A DNA stretch of 63,999 nt, the filler included, from Stramenopiles sp. TOSAG23-2 (taxonomy: Eukaryota), in the NCBI GenBank assembly GCA_900128395.1. It is 3 parts of 3 records of this genome, joined end to end, with 100 filler letters (N's around TTAATTAATTAA, not from the genome) between each part and the next. Parts side by side here need not be neighbours in the genome. Positions count along the whole stretch, not along the records: positions 47,272 to 63,999 come from LT649668.1; 2 more parts are not named here. One strand, written 5' to 3'. The notes below the pieces were generated by a model. That model made no database searches. It had not been told where the DNA came from and was given only the letters and a program-made list of their open reading frames with translations. The stretch's first letter is position 1, and each line of letters opens with the position of its first letter. Shown in pieces: positions 57,201 through 63,999 of the stretch. The position numbers and the translations under genes were made by a program.

Positions 57201-59885
57201 TCACATGTTCATAATAGCCGATGCAAGTTTATCACGGGCTTTGATCGACTTATGATCTCGTAAGTTATGTGGAGAATATACATCCAGGGGCTCTTTGTAT
57301 TCCAGCGGAACCATTTTCTCTTTAAGCTGCTCATACTCCTTATGGTTCATGTCTAATACATATTGCATATGTTCAACTAAACCATTAGATGAACCAGAAC
57401 GAAAGACAAGTGCATTTTCATTATTGAAGAAATCACGAAATGCTGGTATATCTGATACTATCATAGGAATTTTTAAAGAATAAATTTCATGTGCCGATAT
57501 ACAAAAAGTTTCAAACATTGAAGGTAAAATGGCTGCTCGCACGAGATTTTGAAATTTGCCCAAACTTTTTCTTTCTACTCTTTTTGTATAGAAACGGAAG
57601 TTAGATCTAAATTTTTCTTCTACATCCTTCAATAAACATGCACCATCCTTTGACGGGCAAATTCTATCAATTCCTATAAAAATCATTTGCGCATGTCTAT
57701 ATTTTTTCATTTTTATTATTGACAAAAATGCATCAACAATCAACGAGACCCCTTTCACCATTTGAAGGCTACCATAAAATAGTAGATTCGGAGGAGGCAG
57801 CGCCGCCACATCATTCTCCATTAGCGCGCCATTTTTTAATTGCAACAACATTTCTTGCATACAAGGCGGCCCAATGACAAGATTGTCTCTTCTCATTTGA
57901 TATGAACTTTGATACAGTTTCCCCATAGATTGTGAAGGAGCGATAATTAAATCCGCATTTTGAAGACTAAATTTTTCCATAAAATACATTCGCTGTCTTA
58001 ACGGCTGGAAGGAGTTTGATAAAGACGACAGCTTCTGTTTATGTAATAACATATCGGAAGCTAGGTCGATTAACATCAGTGATCCATGAATGCGAACAAC
58101 AATTTTTACTTCCTGGGGGAGATATTCACTGCGACAATTTATAACTTCAAACGCAGCCCCAGCATATTCAAAAAATTCGACCATATCGAATGGAGCGATG
58201 TTATATACTGCTTTTACTCCGTGTGCCCATTGTGTAGATTTCCTCATAAACTCGTCCTCCTCCTTTCCCTGGTTTGCAATATTCTCTAATGCATATAGGG
58301 ATAAATGCCCTCCCAACGACGGGTGATTTTTTGAAAATCGCTGCTTCCATGCAACAAGCAAATTGTGAGGCAAATCTATGAGAAGAATAACGTTGTTCCC
58401 AGCTTTTAAATGTGCAAATGCAAGTGCAGTTATGAGTACCCCCGCACCACCACTCACAACCCCTTCTAGTTCGTACGAACAATAGCAATACACCAACTTT
58501 TTATGTTGAGCATTATTCTGATGTTGCCGAATCACTATGTTTATATTTCTTGGTGTGACAGATTTTTTGAACTCGAATGAAATATGTTTCTTAGGTAATT
58601 GTAGATGACGAATGTTAATATCGTATAACGTAAGAAAATTATCCCAAAGTTTAAAAGCCCGGTTGTACATTGTTTTCATTATTGCTGGTAGCCGAGTTTT
58701 TATTTCATCTCTTTCCTTCATTGCTTGCTTTAATTGATTCGCTATTACATCTGGCCTATCTAAATCACTCACAACTAATATTTTATGTAAGTATGGGTCT
58801 TTGTTGTATAATATTGCAGATGGCCCAACAAGGCAAGGAATACCTGCCGAAACACTTTCAAGAGGAACCATCGGCGATGCCTCGCTAATTGTAACGTACA
58901 TATTTATATCCATGCGACTTAAAATGGTAGAGAAATATTCGTTTTCCATTTGCTCATGTTGTATTATAGAAGCTTCACAATGCCGAACAAATTCCCAATT
59001 AGGTAATTTGGTCGAGGTCTTTAAGACATGTAATACAACGTTATCAGAAAACATACAAGCAACTGCAGGAATTTGATTTGCTAAATTTTTAATCCATAAG
59101 TCCCATCCAAACACACCAACATGAATTCTACCATCAACATCACTGAACGGCGTAAAAATATCAGCTCTTGAATACTTTAAAGAATCAATTTTTGTGTGAA
59201 ATGGTTCAGGCCAATTTTCCAGTTCAATATATTTCATATCATTATTCTTTGTCTTAAAGACATTTTTTGCCAAGAGATTTAAACCGGGTTTTACAAATGC
59301 AAGATGGGAAATACTCTCTTGTTCAACACCCAGTATCAATTCTTCAAAAAGTGGCGCTTCCCATTTTCGGGATGCTTGCCCATGCCAAATAAACACCACT
59401 GATATCCCACTTTCCCTAGATTTCAAAAATTTTCCAAAAGACATGGTTCCTGGAGGAACACCATTAATTATCAATAATTTAATTCTGTATTCTAATAGAA
59501 ACGCCAATAATTTTTCTTGTTGTGATTGTGCCTCTATGGTGCTAAATAATAGTACTGGTAATGACATTGACTCAGCTTGTGCGTATGTGGCTTGTCGAAT
59601 CCCATGCCAGTCTGGATGACAGATAAGAAGGATCCTTTTATGGACACGAGGAATAAAATCAGAAATCTTATTTGGATACGGATATGCGTTAGGAAATACA
59701 ATGGATTGCTTTGCTACATTCATGTGTCGTAATTTTTGTGAAAGAAAATTCGAGCCATATGCGAAAATATCTATTGTTAAAATTAATATACCAAGACAAA
59801 ACAGAAGCAAAAGTAAAAATGTTACACGACGAACATTTTGTTTTAGAATGTGCCTTTGCTGCTCTCGCTTTTTGTATCGACACAT
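57201..59885 (-). CDS. Type II membrane protein with two GT-B (GT4-like) glycosyltransferase modules
   Basis: N-terminal TM; E-x7-E motifs SEASPMVPLESVSAGIPCL and FETFCISAHEIYSLKIPMIVSD; GGAG and VVRIHG in module 2. Confidence 0.85.
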   Translation of the reverse strand: MCRYKKREQQRHILKQNVRRVTFLLLLLFCLGILILTIDIFAYGSNFLSQKLRHMNVAKQSIVFPNAYPYPNKISDFIPRVHKRILLICHPDWHGIRQATYAQAESMSLPVLLFSTIEAQSQQEKLLAFLLEYRIKLLIINGVPPGTMSFGKFLKSRESGISVVFIWHGQASRKWEAPLFEELILGVEQESISHLAFVKPGLNLLAKNVFKTKNNDMKYIELENWPEPFHTKIDSLKYSRADIFTPFSDVDGRIHVGVFGWDLWIKNLANQIPAVACMFSDNVVLHVLKTSTKLPNWEFVRHCEASIIQHEQMENEYFSTILSRMDINMYVTISEASPMVPLESVSAGIPCLVGPSAILYNKDPYLHKILVVSDLDRPDVIANQLKQAMKERDEIKTRLPAIMKTMYNRAFKLWDNFLTLYDINIRHLQLPKKHISFEFKKSVTPRNINIVIRQHQNNAQHKKLVYCYCSYELEGVVSGGAGVLITALAFAHLKAGNNVILLIDLPHNLLVAWKQRFSKNHPSLGGHLSLYALENIANQGKEEDEFMRKSTQWAHGVKAVYNIAPFDMVEFFEYAGAAFEVINCRSEYLPQEVKIVVRIHGSLMLIDLASDMLLHKQKLSSLSNSFQPLRQRMYFMEKFSLQNADLIIAPSQSMGKLYQSSYQMRRDNLVIGPPCMQEMLLQLKNGALMENDVAALPPPNLLFYGSLQMVKGVSLIVDAFLSIIKMKKYRHAQMIFIGIDRICPSKDGACLLKDVEEKFRSNFRFYTKRVERKSLGKFQNLVRAAILPSMFETFCISAHEIYSLKIPMIVSDIPAFRDFFNNENALVFRSGSSNGLVEHMQYVLDMNHKEYEQLKEKMVPLEYKEPLDVYSPHNLRDHKSIKARDKLASAIMNM

Positions 59886-60409
59886 CTGTATATCTTATTG
59901 TGTATAAAAACTATATCTATTTATAAAACTTATCGTGGTTCTCTAAATCTATACAGCATTATACTGTAAAATATGTATAATATATATGCACCTGTATTAA
60001 TATATATTTATGACACTGTATATATATATATACATGTATACATATATGATATTTATAAATAAACATATTGATTCGTGCATTCACACATGTGAATTTTGAA
60101 TTTTATCTTGTTATAATATTTTATTAATTTTATTTTACCGACACGACGAGACGAATATACGAAGGCGAATTTAATCATAAATCATACCAGCATCTTCACT
60201 ATTACAGTATACTGCCACGTATACTTTTGGACCAACCCTGTTTTCAAAAATTTTCCTTAAAAATATGTATAATTCTACTATATATACTAAGTATACAGTA
60301 CAGTACTCATATCACATACTGGAATATTACATTATTAATACACACACACACACACATAGATAAAAAGAACCTCCTCGGTTTATTATTGTACATTAAAGTA
60401 AGATTTCCT

Positions 60410-61324
60410 TTATACACTTTGGCCATCATCACGTTTCATTTCTCGATTTTTTGTTGGTTTTAATACATCTTTTGGATAATAAGAAACAACTCTACGAAGA
60501 TTTTTACATGAAATTGTTGCTTTAAAAATATGAAATAAAAATTCAAGCAACAAAAGTTGATACAAATCTAACAATACAATACCAGTTAATCGCGATATGT
60601 CTCTACTATATACTCTATCTACTAGATTTCTTACTGTACCTATGCAACAACAAATCCACATAACTGAAACCACCCATGCCGTAGTAAATGCCCCTTTTCT
60701 GCTTAAAGAATCCCTGCAGATTAAACATGAGACTCCACAAAAAAAAATGCTTCCAACGTATGTCAAGAAACAAAATCGCCAACTTTTCAGAACTGCCACT
60801 ACTTGTTTTGTTGGAAAATTTGCAACGATACCTGCGACTATTGCACTTCCAAGTGCAGTAATTGCAGCGATAACCATTGTCCTACCATATCCTATTATCT
60901 GCCCAATCCCAACCCATGCAAATGCTTGCACGAAAATTAAAATATGTAGCAACCAAAATAATATTCTAGTTTCCGATAAAAGAAAACGACATGCAAGAAG
61001 TATAATTGGGAAAAAAATCAAGCACATACCATCTAAACTATCTTCAAACATGGCGGGAGCAAACATTGCCATCGGCTCTCCGTAGAACCCGACATCCCAT
61101 GCCTTCGCTACAAACAATAAAGCAACAAATTGCTGCCATGCAAGATGCGAAAATACCAATCGCACCAAGCGAGTTTTGGATCGATTTTCATCAGCTAGCT
61201 GTGGCATATTTCTATTATTACCATTGCTACAACAACAACAAAATTGGCTATTTCTTGATGGACTTCTTAAGTCAGTACTTGAAGCAGATGGCATTGGTGT
61301 AAACGATCCATCATTTAGACTCAT
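60410..61324 (-). CDS. Multipass membrane protein, divergent Bax inhibitor-1/TMBIM-like
   Basis: About 7 TM helices; RLVRLVFSHLAWQ and LLDLYQL resemble TMBIM TM1 and TM7. Confidence 0.55.
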   Translation of the reverse strand: MSLNDGSFTPMPSASSTDLRSPSRNSQFCCCCSNGNNRNMPQLADENRSKTRLVRLVFSHLAWQQFVALLFVAKAWDVGFYGEPMAMFAPAMFEDSLDGMCLIFFPIILLACRFLLSETRILFWLLHILIFVQAFAWVGIGQIIGYGRTMVIAAITALGSAIVAGIVANFPTKQVVAVLKSWRFCFLTYVGSIFFCGVSCLICRDSLSRKGAFTTAWVVSVMWICCCIGTVRNLVDRVYSRDISRLTGIVLLDLYQLLLLEFLFHIFKATISCKNLRRVVSYYPKDVLKPTKNREMKRDDGQSV

Positions 61325-62052
61325 ATTAGCTTTTAATCTACAATAATTAAAAGAAATTTTTGCTTTTCTCTTCCTCTTCTTTTTTTGGGTAGCTGTTTGC
61401 TTATTTTCATCGTTTTGTTAATAAATATATTTGGGATAATACATCTTAAAATATTTAATATTATTAAAACTAACTAACTACAGGAGTATTAATGATAAAT
61501 AAAAAATATACTGTGGTGTGCACGTGTACTTATGCTGGTATTATATGATAAATTAAGTGTACAACAAAAAAAAAATGTATGAGTTGATAATTCTAAATAA
61601 TGGGTTGATATAAATGTCATACGAAGCTATTATTATCTACATATACTTAGTAGTATATACAGATTAATAGCGGCCTATTGGTGAATTGATGGAAAAAAAT
61701 ATATAAAAAAATAAATGAAATGTGCAAATAAAGGTATTAATAGACTAGTTGCTGGATTGCCGAGATTATTGCCTGCCTGCCCAGCCCGGCCTGGCCCTGG
61801 GCTGGCCTGCTGGCCTGATGGATTTATTGCCAGATTATTATATTATTGTGCCCACGATTGTATTAATACTCAAATTACATTTCTTTCTTTAGCTTCACAT
61901 GTCAGATATATAAAATTGTTGACAAAATAATACTAGCCATCGGTGAATAGTACGCACGAAGTATACGCATATACATACACAGGCACACATATTTATACCA
62001 TAGTATATATACATAGAGTGACATTATATAATTTTATTATTTTATTTTGAAT

Positions 62053-63021
62053 ATGTCGTCCTCTAGAAGTGATAATAATAATAATAATGATAACGATAGT
62101 AATTCCTTTATGTCGTCAACTGGTATGTCTGGAGATGCCTTTGCGTTTCAAAAGCAACAGCAGTCACAGGTGGATGCTAATAAAGAATTAATGGAGCAAT
62201 TTTGGAAACAACAATCAAGTCGTATAGAGGAATTACAACGTGGGTCGCAAGAGTTTAAATTACATGCGTTACCACTTGCTAGGATAAAAAAAATTATGAA
62301 GTTGGACGAGGATAATGTAAAAATGATATCAGCCGATGCTCCTGTACTTTTAGCAAAAGCTTGTGAAATTTTTGTTTTAGAACTGACTCTTCGATCTTGG
62401 ACGCATACAGAACGAAAAAAAAGAAGAACACTCCAACGTAACGATGTCTCGAAAGCAGTTGCGCAGTCTGATATGATGGATTTTTTAATAGATATTGTTC
62501 CAAGAGAAGATGTGAAACAAGGAAATAAACAACAAACATCTAATAGTAATAACACAGCAAATAATCGTGGATATGGAATTATGACTTCCGAGCAAATGGA
62601 ACAATACGCATCGATGCAGCAACGTTATTTTGAAATGTTTCAACAAATGTCAGCAAACAATGGTACTGTACAAGGGGATAGCGATGGTGCTAGTTTAATG
62701 TCGACAAATATGGAACAATATGCGCAACAATTTCAAATGCCAACAATGGATCCAGAAACTGCAGCGCAATATGCTCAATATTATCAAGATTTATATAGAC
62801 AATCAGAGGAATATGCAAGGGACTTGCAAAATACTCAAGGCAGTGCAAATTCTAGCACGTTAGAAAATAACAATGAAACAAATAATTTTATGGAGCAATA
62901 TAATCAAAGTATAAATTCACAGTTATATAATATGAATAGTCAAATGAACACTTTTCACGAGCAATCAAATGGTGGTATGAATACAAACAATAACAATTAT
63001 GTAAAATCTGAATTGGAATAA
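62053..63021 (+). CDS. NFYC: Nuclear transcription factor Y subunit C (NF-YC/HAP5)
   Basis: LPLARIKKIMK.DE..KMISA.AP...AKACEIF..ELT.RSW....KRRTLQRND....DFLIDIVPR; first ATG at 62053. Confidence 0.95.
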   Translation: MSSSRSDNNNNNDNDSNSFMSSTGMSGDAFAFQKQQQSQVDANKELMEQFWKQQSSRIEELQRGSQEFKLHALPLARIKKIMKLDEDNVKMISADAPVLLAKACEIFVLELTLRSWTHTERKKRRTLQRNDVSKAVAQSDMMDFLIDIVPREDVKQGNKQQTSNSNNTANNRGYGIMTSEQMEQYASMQQRYFEMFQQMSANNGTVQGDSDGASLMSTNMEQYAQQFQMPTMDPETAAQYAQYYQDLYRQSEEYARDLQNTQGSANSSTLENNNETNNFMEQYNQSINSQLYNMNSQMNTFHEQSNGGMNTNNNNYVKSELE

Positions 63022-63324
63022 TTATGTGAACATTTATAATAATTTGTGTGTATATATATATTTTAAACCCGGAGAAATATGTTTTAAAATTTTTGCTAAA
63101 AAATTAAAATGTGTACTCGTATTGAACACTCTCTGATAGTAATTTTGCCAGATTGAGTTTTAAACCCAAATAATTTAATCTAGATATTTTTTCTTTATAA
63201 AATTGATAATTTAATTTACGCACACATAAAAAATTTATTTTTTTAATTTACTCATGCTGGCATGATAATTCCTACTCTTCAAAAGAATATAATGCACTAA
63301 TAATTGAGGATTACCCCCCTGTGG

Positions 63325-63651
63325 TAATCTAGGTCCTAGACTTTTCAAAGAAAAGTCTAGTTGGAGACATAGATTTAGTACCAAATACATATATATACAT
63401 ACAATAATAGATGAAGAAGATACGTTTTTGTTGTTATTATATTATTTGCTGCTATTTATATACTGTACCGCATATTGTATTATTATTATTGCTATTGCCC
63501 ATGTTCATTATTAATACTAGTATTATATTATATTATAGAACGGCTCTCTTCCTTTTTGTATTATATGGGCGTATTACGAGGAATGTAGGTAATATTTAAT
63601 CTAGGTCCTAGACTTTTCAAAGAAAAGTCTAGTTGGAGACGTAGATTTAGT
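63325..63651. repeat. Pair of 55-bp hairpin-containing direct repeats
   Basis: 63325-63379 vs 63597-63651, 1 mismatch; each contains the palindrome CTAGACTTTT-CAAAG-AAAAGTCTAG. Confidence 0.9.
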
Positions 63652-63999
63652 GCTGTGTGGCTTCTATTTCGAGGTACAATCGGGTATTTTTAAGGTTTTA
63701 CAATGCTATTTCTAGCCTAAATACATGGAGTACTTCGTTTGATGATTTTTGCTGATGAAAAATGAAAATAATTGGATTTGCATTTAATCCAAGTCCATTT
63801 CCATCAAAATATATATATATTTACACTCCACAAATGGATTTACATATCATTTTCATTTATAAAATTACATACTAAATATTTTATTATATTACAAATTATT
63901 TACCATTTTAGAAACCCAACATCATTTTAAAACACAATCCACACATAATATAACTATTACATACATATTAATAACCAAAATACAAACATTTTATCAAAA

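Noticed and set aside
63325-63651. Possible CRISPR array (palindromic repeats)
   Set aside because: Only two repeats, a 217-bp spacer, eukaryotic context and no cas genes.
1-63999. Alternative genetic code, tRNA/rRNA/snRNA genes, viral hallmark genes
   Set aside because: Conserved genes translate cleanly with the standard code and use all three stops; no consensus RNA-gene or viral motifs recognised by eye.

Overview
AT-rich, gene-dense, intron-poor eukaryotic DNA with many poly-Asn/Gln tracts. It is most likely a flagellated stramenopile-type protist: there is a Fused/STK36 kinase, Sfi1-like repeats and a 'CDPMRISKK' domain of the kind seen in oomycetes and diatoms (taxonomy is inference). 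The window is three contigs joined by artificial N44-TTAATTAATTAA-N44 linkers (23541-23640, 47172-47271), so linkage across them means nothing. About 30 protein genes are supported, including STK36, calreticulin, HERP, eIF5B (partial), peroxisomal FATP, an ABCB half-transporter, NF-YC, a PlsC acyltransferase, an Ldh_2 dehydrogenase and an HTTM protein. Seven exact or near-exact tandem duplications (91-507 bp) look like assembly artefacts and distort several ORFs. Best leads: (1) a GC-rich CmcJ/NvfI/AsaB-type Fe/2OG oxygenase gene (1-912, absent from the ORF track) under an AT-rich leader, beside a degenerate Mutator-like ORF; (2) a class-III aminotransferase fused to a His-containing Mpo1-like membrane domain; (3) a secreted DUF4185-like propeller/cyclophilin fusion with a polybasic RRRQLL site; (4) a multi-stem inverted-repeat element at 53138-53583; (5) a 28-bp motif in sense orientation downstream of three unrelated genes; (6) hairpin-containing 55-bp direct repeats at 63325-63651. 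Family assignments come from motif recognition, not database searches.
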